A stretch of 32,000 nt of DNA from Opitutia bacterium KCR 482 (GCA_029269845.2 CP149973.1:1080001-1112000), one strand, 5' to 3'. Positions 12,268 through 21,989 are shown, counted from the stretch's first letter. Program-made: numbers and translations. The notes: generated from the sequence alone by a model not told the origin.

Positions 12268-14169
12268 CTATTCGAAGAGTTCGAAAACGGCGGTGTCGGG
12301 GGTGGCAAAATCGTATTCGAATTTGTCGGCGTTGACCGCCGCGACTTTCCCGCTGTAAATTTCCACGACTTTCGAGTATTTTTTCGGAAGCGTTATCGCG
12401 CGTCTGCCGCCTTTCGCCGTGTGGATTGCCACAAGCCTTTCGCTCGCGAACACGGGCGTTTCGAAGTCGGTATACAGCGTTGCGCCCGCCTTTGCGGCAA
12501 GGTCGCGCATGACGGCGGGAGTGAGCTTTTCGTAGTCGTAGACGTACGCGCGGGTGTGGTCGGAGTATTTGCGCGCGTTCACGCCGTCCGTTTTATACGG
12601 GAAGCCCGTGAGCTTTTCCACGCGCGAGACGTCGAGCGTCTTGCCGTCGGAAATGCCCGCGGCATCGAGGAACACCGCCGTTTTCCCCTGCGTGAAGACG
12701 TGCTTTTCGAGAACTTCCCGACGTTCGGGCGTGAGGTGGAACATCGCGGGGAACACGAACATTTTTATGCGCGACATGTCCGCCTTGCCGATGTCGTTGA
12801 ACGAGTATACTTCGAACGGCGCACCGAGCCGGTTGAGCTTTGTGCGCATGTCGACGAAAATCTTTTTGCATTTTTTGTTCGTCTCGTTGACGTACACCGC
12901 GCTCTGCGGGTCTACGATGAGCGCGACTTCCGCCATGCTGCGCTCGTTCTTCGCGGCGTATTTGTCCCACAGTTTTTTGCTTTGGGCGATGAGCTTCATC
13001 GTTTCGGGGGCGTCGTAGAAGCCGCCCCACATGTCGAAGCACCAGAGCGATGCGCCGTTGACCATCGTCAGCGCGAACTCGCGCTTCATGCCCGCGTCAA
13101 CCTCCGCCTGATTCTTCCATTCGGAGTCGAAGCCCGCGACGTTCAGGCGCGGAACTTTTGTAGTGGGCGTGCGGTGGTCGATTTCGTGCAGCCAGCCCTT
13201 GCCGCTGCGCAGGCGCGAGCCGTTGGGACACATGAAGCCGCTGCCCTGCCCCATTTTTCTGTCGTAGTACGTTCCGGGGGAGACGAAAAAGTCGATGTTC
13301 GGCGACGAGAAAATGCGCTCGTAGCTGAGGTGTCCGCAAGAGACCATTCTCCCCTGAGCAAGCTGGACAATGTAGCCGAAGAACATGCCTATCTGCTTGT
13401 CGGGCGAAACCATTTTGCGGGTAATGCCCGAAAATTCGTTGATTGTATCTACGATGATATCGCTCGAAAATTCGCAATAGTCGATTATGTCGCCCTCGGT
13501 TTGCGGGTCGCGGATAAAGTCTTCGAAAGTCGCGTGGTCGATGCGGTCGAATGTCGGCACCTGCACGATTTTCTTGCCGCGCTCGGCGAGCCACTTTTTC
13601 CACGCCTTCGTTTTGTTTCTGCCCGCGGCGAAGCGGCTGTAATCCATCCATTCGTCGGTCTGCCCGCAGGCGAGCAGATACGCCTTTATTTTGTCGCCGT
13701 ACTTCTTTTCGGTGTGTTTTAGAAATTCTTTCAGGTACTTTGCGGTTTCCCTGCGCCAGCGCGGGTTCGAAACCGCGTTCGAAAGCTGGGTGAAGCTGTC
13801 GCATTCCATCGAATTCCACGCCTCCTGACGCGTAAACCAGTGGGGCGAGTTGAGGTCTACAATGCAGACGAATTTTGCGTTGGGGTTGACCGCAAGAATG
13901 TCGTCGAACTGTTTGTCGAGAACTTCGAAATGGTATTCGTCGAACCAAGTCCAGATGTTGGGGTACTGGCTGTATCTGTCGCCGAGCGAGTTTGTCGTGT
14001 TGGCGGGCAGAAACGCGACGGTGTCTACCCCCGCGTCGGCAAAGCGTTTCATTGCCGCAAATTCGGGCATGAACGAACGGTACGAAAATATCTTCTCCCC
14101 GCCGAACGAAGCCGACGCCGCGACCGCCGCAAGAGCCGCGGTCAAAAATGTTTTTACTGAATTTCCCAT
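12268..14169 (-). CDS. Secreted putative glycoside hydrolase, GH42-like (beta-galactosidase-type C-terminal domain); function uncertain
   Basis: The ORF is trimmed to ATG 14169 (MGNSVKTFLTAALAAVAASASF, a signal peptide). The 62 upstream codons in the track are Cys/Phe-rich and cover an AT-rich promoter-like region. The C-terminal segment IKMFVFPAMFHLTPERREVLEKHVFTQGKTAVFLDAAGISDG resembles the GH42 trimerisation-domain pattern. The family assignment comes from motif memory only. Confidence 0.7.
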   Translation of the reverse strand: MGNSVKTFLTAALAAVAASASFGGEKIFSYRSFMPEFAAMKRFADAGVDTVAFLPANTTNSLGDRYSQYPNIWTWFDEYHFEVLDKQFDDILAVNPNAKFVCIVDLNSPHWFTRQEAWNSMECDSFTQLSNAVSNPRWRRETAKYLKEFLKHTEKKYGDKIKAYLLACGQTDEWMDYSRFAAGRNKTKAWKKWLAERGKKIVQVPTFDRIDHATFEDFIRDPQTEGDIIDYCEFSSDIIVDTINEFSGITRKMVSPDKQIGMFFGYIVQLAQGRMVSCGHLSYERIFSSPNIDFFVSPGTYYDRKMGQGSGFMCPNGSRLRSGKGWLHEIDHRTPTTKVPRLNVAGFDSEWKNQAEVDAGMKREFALTMVNGASLWCFDMWGGFYDAPETMKLIAQSKKLWDKYAAKNERSMAEVALIVDPQSAVYVNETNKKCKKIFVDMRTKLNRLGAPFEVYSFNDIGKADMSRIKMFVFPAMFHLTPERREVLEKHVFTQGKTAVFLDAAGISDGKTLDVSRVEKLTGFPYKTDGVNARKYSDHTRAYVYDYEKLTPAVMRDLAAKAGATLYTDFETPVFASERLVAIHTAKGGRRAITLPKKYSKVVEIYSGKVAAVNADKFEYDFATPDTAVFELFE

Positions 14170-14409
14170 GTTTTGCTTTCTGTTTGTCGAAAAAAATATT
14201 GGCAAAAAAAACAAACAAATGCAAAGAAAAAAGCTCACGCCCCTGCAAAAACAGCCGCAGTCCGCGCCGATTGCGCAAAGCTGCGCGGCGGCAAAAATTG
14301 CGGCGGGCGAAACGCGGAGAAGCCCGCGGATTTTCCGCAGGCAGAGGAAACGCAATCAGCGGGCGCGGGAACGGAGTATTTGCGGCGGACGGAAGACCGA
14401 AAGCGCGGG

Positions 14410-15930
14410 CTAAATGCCGTCGCCCACGGTGTAGTAGGGAACGCCGAGCTTTTCGCACGCCGATTTCAGGTCGCTCTCGCGGTCGCTTATGACGTAGAGC
14501 TTGTCGCCGTCGAAAAGGGTCGTCGTGCCGTCGGGAATGAAATAGCGTCCGCCGCGCTTTACCATGATTACAAGCGTGTTCCGCGGAAGCCCCAGCTTCA
14601 TCAGGGTGTTCCCCTTTTCGAGAAGCGTTTGGCTTACGTCGATTTCGGAAAGGACGGATTTCATTTCGTCGGGCAGCTCGAAATCCAAGTCGGATTTTTT
14701 TGCGTTGGACTTGTCGCAAACGCCCAGCCACGACGCCATTTTCACAACGGTCATGCCCTGCACCATAAGCGACAGAATCGTGATGAAAAACACCACGTTG
14801 AAAATCAGCCGCGCGTTCGGCACGTCGGCGACGAGCGGGTATGTCGCAAAGATAATCGGGACAGCTCCGCGCAGACCGACCCACGAAATGTACATTCTGC
14901 CGCGATTCGAATAGCGTCTGAACGGAAGCAGGCTCAGCCACACGCTCAGCGGACGCCCCACGACTATCAAAAACGCGCCGATTAAAATCGCGAACGCGGC
15001 CACCGGCACAAGCTCGCGCGGGTTCACGAGAAGTCCGAGGGTAAGGAAGATTATTATCTGCCAAAGCCACGCGAAAACCGCAAAAAATTTCTTCGTGCTC
15101 TTCAAGTGGACGACGGTCGAGTTGCCGAAAATAAGCCCCGCGATGTAGACCGCCAAGTAGCCGTTGCCGCCGACGGCGTCCACCACCGCGAACACCGAAA
15201 ACCCGCACGCGACAAGCAGCACCGAGTACAGCGCGACGTTGTCGAGCGACGCCCTGTTGACGAGCCAGACTATCCCGTACCCGAGCGCGACGCCCAACGC
15301 CGCGCCCAGAATAATCTGCAAGAAAAACGAGTACACCGCCGAGTGGAATTCAAGCCCGCCCTGAATGTATTGAATGAGGACAATGGTGAGAATGTACGCC
15401 ATGGGGTCGTTGCTGCCGCTTTCGAGTTCGAGGGTTTCGCGCAGGTTTTCCCTGAGTTTAAGCCCGCGAGCGCGCAACAGAGCGAAAACCGAGGCGGAGT
15501 CCGTGGACGACATCACCGACGCCAACAGCATCGACTCCGCCAAGCCCAGCTTGAAGCCGAAAAGCCCGCAAATGCCCCAGATGAACGCGCCCGTGAGCGC
15601 GGCGGTCGCCACGACCCCGAAAGTTGCAAGCACAAGCCCCTCGCCTACAATCGGCTTGACGTCGGAAATGCGGGTGTCCATACCGCCCGAAAAGAGGATT
15701 ACGCTAAGCGCCATGATTCCCACAAACTGCGTCGCGTAGACGTTGTCGAAGTGGTATCCTACTCCGTCGGTTCCCATGAGCATGCCCACAAGCAGAAACA
15801 GAAGCAGGGACGGCACGCCGAAGCGCGAGCTCATTTTTCCCGCGAATATGCTCAGAAGCAGCATGCCTGAACCGACAAGAAGTATGTTTTCGGGAGTAAT
15901 GTTTTTCATTTTTTGAATGCGGTTTGCCAC
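14410..15930 (-). CDS. nhaP2: K+/H+ antiporter, NhaP2/CvrA type (CPA1 family) with C-terminal TrkA-C (RCK_C) domain
   Basis: The N-terminal region SRFGVPSLLLFLLVGMLMGTDGVGYHFDNVYATQFVGIMALSVILFSGGMDT is colinear with E. coli NhaP2. There are many TM helices. The soluble tail is GNTLMKLGLPRNTLVIMVKRGGRYFIPDGTTTLFDGDKLYVI. The track start is GTG 15930; ATG 15909 (MKNITPE) is an equally plausible start. Confidence 0.9.
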   Translation of the reverse strand: MANRIQKMKNITPENILLVGSGMLLLSIFAGKMSSRFGVPSLLLFLLVGMLMGTDGVGYHFDNVYATQFVGIMALSVILFSGGMDTRISDVKPIVGEGLVLATFGVVATAALTGAFIWGICGLFGFKLGLAESMLLASVMSSTDSASVFALLRARGLKLRENLRETLELESGSNDPMAYILTIVLIQYIQGGLEFHSAVYSFFLQIILGAALGVALGYGIVWLVNRASLDNVALYSVLLVACGFSVFAVVDAVGGNGYLAVYIAGLIFGNSTVVHLKSTKKFFAVFAWLWQIIIFLTLGLLVNPRELVPVAAFAILIGAFLIVVGRPLSVWLSLLPFRRYSNRGRMYISWVGLRGAVPIIFATYPLVADVPNARLIFNVVFFITILSLMVQGMTVVKMASWLGVCDKSNAKKSDLDFELPDEMKSVLSEIDVSQTLLEKGNTLMKLGLPRNTLVIMVKRGGRYFIPDGTTTLFDGDKLYVISDRESDLKSACEKLGVPYYTVGDGI

Positions 15931-16056
15931 CCGAAATCCGCGGCTTTGCCAAGCGGAACGGACGCGTTTTTTATTGAAGACCGACCGAATATGTAGTATT
16001 GAATTCCGACTTTCAAACCATTATATTTATTTTTCGAAAAAAAGCTGACATACATC

Positions 16057-16899
16057 ATGAAAATTCTGGCGAAAATATTTGCGGCGGCACTCGCGCTTGC
16101 GGCGGTCGCCGCGTACGGCAAAACCGTCGAAGTAAAAGCTCCGAGCGAAGCGATGAAAAAGGAGGTCTCCGCGCTCGTGGTTCTGCCCGACTCCTACGAC
16201 GCCGATTCGGGGAAATCCTACCCCGCAATCTACCTGCTCCACGGCTTCGGCGGCAACCACACGACGTGGCCCAAGCGCACAAAACCCAACCTCGACGAAA
16301 TCGCCACGCAACAGGGAATAATCTTCGTCTGTCCCGACGGCGCGAAAAGCTGGTACTGGGACGCCCCAAAAAAGCCGGAATACAAGTACGAAACATTCGT
16401 CTCGAAAGAGCTTGTGGAATTTATAGACAAAAACTTCCGCACGGTGAAGTCGCCCAAAGCCCGCGCAATCACGGGGTTCAGCATGGGCGGGCACGGCGGA
16501 CTCTGGCTCGGGATAAGGCACGGCGACGTTTTCGGAGCGTGCGGCTCGATGAGCGGCGGCGTAGACATTCGCCCGTTCCCGTCGAGCTGGGCGATGAAAG
16601 ATTCGCTCGGCGCGAAGAGCGAAAACCCCGAAATTTGGGACTCGCACACCGTAATCAACGAAGCCGACAAAATCGACCCCTCGAAAGCCCCCGCCATGAT
16701 TATCGACTGCGGCACTAAGGACTTTTTCTACAAGGTAAACCAAGCACTCCACGAAAAGCTCCTGCGCCTGAACATTCCGCACGAGTACACCACGCGCCCA
16801 GGGGCGCACACGCACGAGTACTGGAACAACGCGGTCGATTTCCAGATTCTTTTCTTCAAAAAATTCTTCGAAGCAAGCAATACAAGCAACAAAGAATAA
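16057..16899 (+). CDS. Secreted esterase, alpha/beta-hydrolase (esterase D / CE1-type putative esterase family)
   Basis: The signal peptide is MKILAKIFAAALALAAVAAYG. YLLHGFGGNHTTW is present, together with the nucleophile elbow GFSMGGHG (GxSxG). Confidence 0.9.
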   Translation: MKILAKIFAAALALAAVAAYGKTVEVKAPSEAMKKEVSALVVLPDSYDADSGKSYPAIYLLHGFGGNHTTWPKRTKPNLDEIATQQGIIFVCPDGAKSWYWDAPKKPEYKYETFVSKELVEFIDKNFRTVKSPKARAITGFSMGGHGGLWLGIRHGDVFGACGSMSGGVDIRPFPSSWAMKDSLGAKSENPEIWDSHTVINEADKIDPSKAPAMIIDCGTKDFFYKVNQALHEKLLRLNIPHEYTTRPGAHTHEYWNNAVDFQILFFKKFFEASNTSNKE

Positions 16900-16912
16900 G
16901 GATACAATATAT

Positions 16913-18019
16913 ATGAAAAGGACAATATCCGCAATACTCGCCGTCTGCGCGGCGGCGTCGCTTTCCGCGCGCGAAAGATGGACGGAACAGCAGGCGAACC
17001 AGTGGTACGCAAGCCAGCCGTTCTACGCGGGGGCGAACTTCATTCCGTCGAACGCAATCAACCAAATCGAAATGTGGAGCACCGACACGTTCAGCCCCGA
17101 TGTAATCGACCGCGAGCTGGGCTGGGCGCAAAGCCTCGGCTTCAACGCAATGCGCGTGTTCCTGAGCGACGTCGTGTGGAAGCACGAGGGCGAAAAGCTT
17201 TTTGCGAACATGGAAAAGTATCTTGAAATCGCCGACAGGCGCGGAATCAAAACGCTCTTCGTGTTCTTCGACAGCTGCTGGAACCCCGAATCGGAGTACG
17301 GCAAACAGCCCGAGCCCAAGCTCTGCAATCACAATTCGGGCTGGGTGAAATCGCCGTCGTTCAAGGTGCTCAACGACAAATCGCAGTGGGGAGACCTTGA
17401 AAAATACGTAAAGGCGGTCATCACGCGCTTCAAGGACGACAAGCGAATCATCGGCTGGGACATCTACAACGAGCCAGGAAACGTGGGATACACGGTAATC
17501 GACGGCAGGGAGAACGAAAACGCCGAAGTGTTCCGCAACACGCGCGAGCTGCTCGAAAAGGCGTTCGTGTGGGCGCGGGCGGCGAACCCCTCGCAACCCA
17601 TTACTTCTGGCGAATACTCCGGCGACGACCACATCGTTGGCAGGGTTTTCAACAAGCTCCAGCGCGACAAGTCCGACATCATTTCGTTCCACTGCTACGG
17701 CGGCGCAAAGGCGTTGAACACGGTAATTAAAAAGCTCAAAAAATACAATCGCCCGCTTTTCTGCACCGAGTACATGGCGCGCCCCGCGAGCACATTCAAC
17801 CCGTGCCTCGGAATCATGAAGGAGCACAAGGTTGCGGCGTTCAACTGGGGCTTGGTAAGCGGCAAAACGCAGACAATATACTCGTGGAAATTCAACAAGA
17901 TGAAAAACCCCACCCCCGACCTGCTCAAACTGTGGTTCCACGACGTTTTCTTCGAAAGCGGCGTTCCGTACAAGCAGGAGGAGGCCGACTACATCAAGAA
18001 AATCATGGGCAAAAAATAA
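16913..18019 (+). CDS. Secreted clan GH-A glycoside hydrolase (GH5-like; homologs are often labelled 1,4-beta-xylanase or cellulase family)
   Basis: The signal peptide is MKRTISAILAVCAAASLSA. The conserved N-terminal block is ERWTEQQANQWYASQPFYAGANFIPSNAINQIEMW. The acid/base motif is WDIYNEPGN, and the candidate nucleophile is in LFCTEYMAR. It lies 13 nt after the esterase gene, so the two probably form an operon. Confidence 0.85.
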   Translation: MKRTISAILAVCAAASLSARERWTEQQANQWYASQPFYAGANFIPSNAINQIEMWSTDTFSPDVIDRELGWAQSLGFNAMRVFLSDVVWKHEGEKLFANMEKYLEIADRRGIKTLFVFFDSCWNPESEYGKQPEPKLCNHNSGWVKSPSFKVLNDKSQWGDLEKYVKAVITRFKDDKRIIGWDIYNEPGNVGYTVIDGRENENAEVFRNTRELLEKAFVWARAANPSQPITSGEYSGDDHIVGRVFNKLQRDKSDIISFHCYGGAKALNTVIKKLKKYNRPLFCTEYMARPASTFNPCLGIMKEHKVAAFNWGLVSGKTQTIYSWKFNKMKNPTPDLLKLWFHDVFFESGVPYKQEEADYIKKIMGKK

Positions 18020-18042
18020 AAGCCCGCGGCAAAACGCAAAAC

Positions 18043-18077
18043 AAAAAACGGCGCAGGATTTTTCCCGCGCCGTTTTT
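18043..18077. terminator. Bidirectional rho-independent terminator between convergent GH genes
   Basis: The stem aacggcgc (18047..18054) pairs with gcgccgtt (18067..18074). An A-run lies upstream and a T-run downstream. Confidence 0.65.
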
Positions 18078-18106
18078 GCGTTTAAAAGAACCGAAACCAC
18101 CCCGCC

Positions 18107-19543
18107 CTATTTGGCGGCGGGGACGAAATCGACGGCTTCGAGCTCGGCTACGACTATCGGGGAGTCGTAAATCGGCAGGTTTTTGAACACAGTTCCCCCG
18201 CGGGTTTTTACGATATTCGCGGCGGGGATTTCGTATACGCCGCCCGTCAGAATGTCCACCCACACGGGCTTTTTGAAGCTTGCCTTGACCTCCACGTCGG
18301 CGGGGGTCGTCTTGTTAAAGTTTGTCGGAGTGCATTCGTCGTACCACACAACGAACGCCGTTCCGCCCCTCGGAGAGTAGCCGAAAACCGAGTGCGACAA
18401 GCCCGTCTTCACCGAAACCTCTTTGTTCGGGTTTTCGAAAAGCTCGAAGACCGAAACCAAGTTCTGCACGGCGTAGTACGCGGTTTTGATTTTCACCACA
18501 TTGTGCTTTTCGTCGGTCTCCAATAGCCCCTTGACGTTGAGCATTTTGATGAAGTCGGTCGCGGCGTAGTGCATGTCGGAAATTGTGAAGCACGAAGTCC
18601 AGATGCCCCTGCCGTGGTCGCCGAGCATGCGGCGCAAGTCCCACTTTGCCTGCGAAAGCTCCGTCCACGGGTGCTTTGTGAGCGCGCCGCCGAGAAAGCC
18701 CTTGGAGGGCGCGCCGTTTTCGCCCTGCCTGAGCTGGACTTTCTTGGAGTATTTTTTCAGGATTTCCGCCATTTTCTCGACGTCTACGTACGAGTTTTCG
18801 GGGCGGAAGTCGTAGCCGTGGTACGAAAGCCAGTCGAAGAGTTCGAGCTTGCCCGCGTCGGAGAGAGCCTTGACGTATTCCTCGAATTTTTCGGGAACGA
18901 TTCTCGCAAGCGCAAGCCCCGAAATCTTGGCGTTGGGGTCGTTCTTTCTGATGATTTCGGCGGTGCGCACGTTCATGTCGACGGTATCGGCGACGGTGCG
19001 CTTTCTGTCCAAGTCGGGCTCGTTCCACATTTCCCACTCGACGCGCCCCGCGTAGCGTTTCGACATTGCGTCGACCCACGCGTCCCACGCGGCTTTCGCT
19101 TCGGGAGACGACGGCATGCCGCCTTTGAGGAACGGCGTGCCGCCGCCCTTGTAGATTGTGTTGCCGTAGGAGGTCTGAATCCACGGCGTGATTCCGAGGG
19201 CTATGCACTCGTCGACGATTTTGTCGAGCCATGCGAAGTCGTAGACGCCCTTTTGGCTCTCGGTTTTCGCCCAGCCGCCTTGAAGCCTTATGTGCTTCAT
19301 GCCGAGCGGCGCAAGATACTGCTTGTACTTGTCGAAATCGGCGTAGTCTCTGTCGAGCGTTTCGCCGCCGATTGTGAGGTTGTTCCGCGCCTCCGCAGTG
19401 CTCTTGGGTTTGAGCGTTCCCAAGCGTGTATACGAAACGTCGAGGTCGGTTTTAACCCTGTCCGCCGAAGTGTCGATTTTCGGCGAGGCCGTCCCCGTCA
19501 GTGCGAATGCGGCAAGAGCCGCCGTTAAAAACAATTTTACCAT
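18107..19543 (-). CDS. Secreted clan GH-A glycoside hydrolase (GH39/GH5-like TIM barrel plus C-terminal beta-sandwich)
   Basis: The signal peptide is MVKLFLTAALAAFALTGTASP. The VEWEMWNEPDL acid/base motif is present. The N-terminal block HIRLQGGWAKTESQKGVYDFAWLDKIVDECIALGITPW is typical of clan A enzymes. The exact family is not resolvable by eye. Confidence 0.8.
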   Translation of the reverse strand: MVKLFLTAALAAFALTGTASPKIDTSADRVKTDLDVSYTRLGTLKPKSTAEARNNLTIGGETLDRDYADFDKYKQYLAPLGMKHIRLQGGWAKTESQKGVYDFAWLDKIVDECIALGITPWIQTSYGNTIYKGGGTPFLKGGMPSSPEAKAAWDAWVDAMSKRYAGRVEWEMWNEPDLDRKRTVADTVDMNVRTAEIIRKNDPNAKISGLALARIVPEKFEEYVKALSDAGKLELFDWLSYHGYDFRPENSYVDVEKMAEILKKYSKKVQLRQGENGAPSKGFLGGALTKHPWTELSQAKWDLRRMLGDHGRGIWTSCFTISDMHYAATDFIKMLNVKGLLETDEKHNVVKIKTAYYAVQNLVSVFELFENPNKEVSVKTGLSHSVFGYSPRGGTAFVVWYDECTPTNFNKTTPADVEVKASFKKPVWVDILTGGVYEIPAANIVKTRGGTVFKNLPIYDSPIVVAELEAVDFVPAAK

Positions 19544-19715
19544 AGTAAGTATATATTTGTATTAAAAAGGAAGTCCGCGCAAATGCGCGGGCACATGGAA
19601 AGTATTATCAAAAATCGGGCGCGTCTTTCAACAAAAAAACGCGTCGATGCAAACGGCGTCCGAACCGCGCAAAAGGCGTCCTCCCCGCGAGTTGCGGAGA
19701 TGCCCGCGCGGCGAG

Positions 19716-21344
19716 CTATTTTACCGAAACCGAGAACGGGAAGAGCGGCAGACCGTCGGAATTGCGCAGGCACACGTCGTCCTGCGGGTACTGTTTCCAC
19801 AGGTAGCGCACGCCGTCGATTTTCCCGCCGTTGCGCGACGACACTACGATTTTCCCGCCGTCGAGCGCGGCGTCCGCCGCAACCCATTTTCCGCCTACCG
19901 ACGCCTCGAAGCCGCGCAGCGCGCCGTCGGCTTTGAGCCCGCGCCCGAAAGAATCCACGGACACTTCCGCCGAAGCCCCGCCGAATTTCGCGCTTTCGAA
20001 AATCGGCGAAAGCGGCGACTCCCCGCGCTTCCCGTAGACGCAAGCCATAGCGACGCGCTCCATGCGCAGCCCGACGTCCGTTTTGTTGCGCGGGTGTACG
20101 TCGTTTTTGTCGCCGATGTCGAGGGTGCAGACTGTGTACATGTTTTCGGTACGCTCGGAAACGGCAAGCTGCGCCGCGCGTACCTCCGCCCAGTTTGCGC
20201 TTTTCCCGTAGGACGAAAGCTGCGCCTGAATGAACGGCAGGTTCGGGTCGGCAAAGCATTCGCGCCAGACGCGGACGACGGTTTCGAGCTGGCTTTCGAA
20301 CGCGCCTAGCGAAGCCCCGCGGGCGTCGGACTCGCCCTGATACCACAAAATGCCGCGAGCCGCGTAGCCCGCGAGGGGCGCGACTTTCGCGTTGAAATTG
20401 TAGAACGGCGTCGCGGAGGCGGAGAACGGCGAATCTTTCGACGGCGGGACATATGCACGGTATCCGCCCCAGCTTTCGGGCTTTTTGCCGCCGCGCTTCC
20501 ATTCGGCGAGTTCCGACTTGCGCTTTTCGACTTTCGCGCTGTATTCGGCGAGGGCTTTTTCGTAGCCGCCGCTGTCCCACTTGCGCATATCGATTGCATG
20601 GGACTTCTTGCGCATCTCCAAAAATCCGTTCCCCGCGCACGCCGATTCTGGAATCCACGCCGCCATCGGGGAGCCGCCGATCGGCGTGAAAACGAGCCCC
20701 ACGGGAACGTCCAAGTCGGCGGCGAGTTTTTCGGCGAAATAGAAGCCTATCGCGCTCCAAAGGGGGACGTTTTTCGGGGTCGCCGCGCGCCAGACCGAGC
20801 CTTCGGGCGAATCCTTTTGCGGAGCGCGGGCGAGGTCGAGCGAGCACAGCGAAGTGCGCTCGAAGGTTCCGAATTTACGTTCGAGAAATGTGTCGGGAAG
20901 CGCACCCCTGATTTTTTTGAAACAGCGCACCGCGGGATAATTTGCGCGTTCGGTTGCCGCCTTGCCGTCGGTCGTGGGAAGAAGCGGCCACGCCATGTTG
21001 CTCTGCCCCCCCAAGACCCAAACTTCGCCGACGAGCACGTCGGAGACGGCCTTCGCCGCCCTGCCGTTTTCGGCGATTTCGATTTTGCGCGGCGTTTTCG
21101 ATGCGGGAAGCGGCGGGAGCTGCACGCTCCACTCGCCCGATTTGCCAGCCCGCGCCGTCGCCGACTTGCCCGCAAACGACACCGAAATCTCCGAATCGGG
21201 CGACGCCCACCCCCAGATTTTCAGCGGTTTGCCGCACTGCAAAACCGCGCCGTCGGAAAACACGCGCGGCAGTTTTACTTCGGCGGAGGAAACGGTCGCC
21301 GCAAGAAGCGCGGCGCAAAAAAACATTGTCTTGCCAAATTTCAT
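19716..21344 (-). CDS. Sialate O-acetylesterase family protein (SASA/SGNH-type carbohydrate esterase)
   Basis: Trimmed to ATG 21344 (MKFGKTMFFCAALLAATVSSAEV, a signal peptide). The family hallmarks are LPRVFSDGAVLQ and GEVWVLGGQSNM (GQSNM catalytic Ser block), plus ILWYQGESD. Confidence 0.85.
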   Translation of the reverse strand: MKFGKTMFFCAALLAATVSSAEVKLPRVFSDGAVLQCGKPLKIWGWASPDSEISVSFAGKSATARAGKSGEWSVQLPPLPASKTPRKIEIAENGRAAKAVSDVLVGEVWVLGGQSNMAWPLLPTTDGKAATERANYPAVRCFKKIRGALPDTFLERKFGTFERTSLCSLDLARAPQKDSPEGSVWRAATPKNVPLWSAIGFYFAEKLAADLDVPVGLVFTPIGGSPMAAWIPESACAGNGFLEMRKKSHAIDMRKWDSGGYEKALAEYSAKVEKRKSELAEWKRGGKKPESWGGYRAYVPPSKDSPFSASATPFYNFNAKVAPLAGYAARGILWYQGESDARGASLGAFESQLETVVRVWRECFADPNLPFIQAQLSSYGKSANWAEVRAAQLAVSERTENMYTVCTLDIGDKNDVHPRNKTDVGLRMERVAMACVYGKRGESPLSPIFESAKFGGASAEVSVDSFGRGLKADGALRGFEASVGGKWVAADAALDGGKIVVSSRNGGKIDGVRYLWKQYPQDDVCLRNSDGLPLFPFSVSVK

Positions 21345-21481
21345 ACAAAAAACCAATATGCAAAAACGCTTCGGATTGCGAGAAAAATCCGCAGCAAAAT
21401 ATTTCCTTTTACCCGCGCTCAATCGATATATTCAATATCTTACGAAAACAATACACTCAGCATTTACTCAAAAGCGGAAAT

Positions 21482-21989
21482 AAAATCATCTGGAACGACC
21501 GCGAAGGCGGAAAATTCGTGTCGCGCATAATGGACGTCGAAACGCGGCAATCTGCGCATAATAGACCCCTACAACTACACGTCGCACTTCATCTGGACGC
21601 CCGACTCGAAAGCGGTTCTCGCGTGGACTAAAATTCCGCCCCACGGCGACGGATTCTTCGTGATAGAAGACACTCCGCAAGCCCGCGCCACGCAAATCGG
21701 CAGGGACGTCATGACCAGAAACGGGCACTGCACCTACATCTCGCCCAAGTGGGTTCTCAACGACACCTACCCCGACAAAGACGCAGTCCAAACCGTCTAC
21801 CTTTTCAACACGCAGACGGGCGAGCGCACCGACATCGCAAAGCTCCACATGCCCAAAAGGCGCGGGGGCGAATTCCGCTGCGACACCCACCCGCGCTCGA
21901 CGCCCGACGGCAAAAAAGTCATTGTAGACTCCGCCCACAGCGGGCAGCGGCAGCTCTACATGCTCGACATTTCGGACATCGCGAAATAG
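21482..21989 (+). pseudogene. 5'-truncated and frameshifted remnant of a TolB-like beta-propeller protein
   Basis: Frame 2 reads KIIWNDREGGKFVSRIMDVETRQSA up to about 21556. Frame 0 continues from about 21555 with RIIDPYNYTSHFIWTPDSKAVLAWTK...RCDTHPRSTPDGKKVIVDSAHSGQRQLYMLDISDI. These are WD/TolB-like repeat patterns. Frame 0 has a stop at 21528..21530, and there is no upstream N-terminal region. The track ORF 21660..21989 begins at an internal GTG. Confidence 0.45.

Noticed and set aside
11509-13722. 737-aa plus-strand ORF across rhaB and the GH42-like gene. Similar long ORFs: 13097..15208(-), 16856..18100(-), 18569..19528(+), 19537..20847(-), 20598..21530(+), 23852..25240(+) and 28966..30684(+).
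   Set aside because: All overlap, on the opposite strand or in another frame, genes with clear family signatures. Their translations are dominated by R/A/G/V/E runs and lack signal peptides, motifs or plausible starts. They are GC-driven artefacts.
14170-14355. N-terminal extensions of track ORFs: 12268..14355, 26032..28371, 23430..24275, 22238..23050, 24467..25309 and 19716..21422
   Set aside because: In each case an internal ATG gives a canonical signal peptide or the conserved family N-terminus. The extra codons cover AT-rich promoter-like DNA or overlap the upstream gene.
21660-21989. Treating the 109-aa GTG ORF as an intact small gene
   Set aside because: The frame is open and homologous-looking for a further 129 nt upstream without a start codon. 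Similarity then continues in a different frame, which is best explained as the tail of a decayed larger gene.
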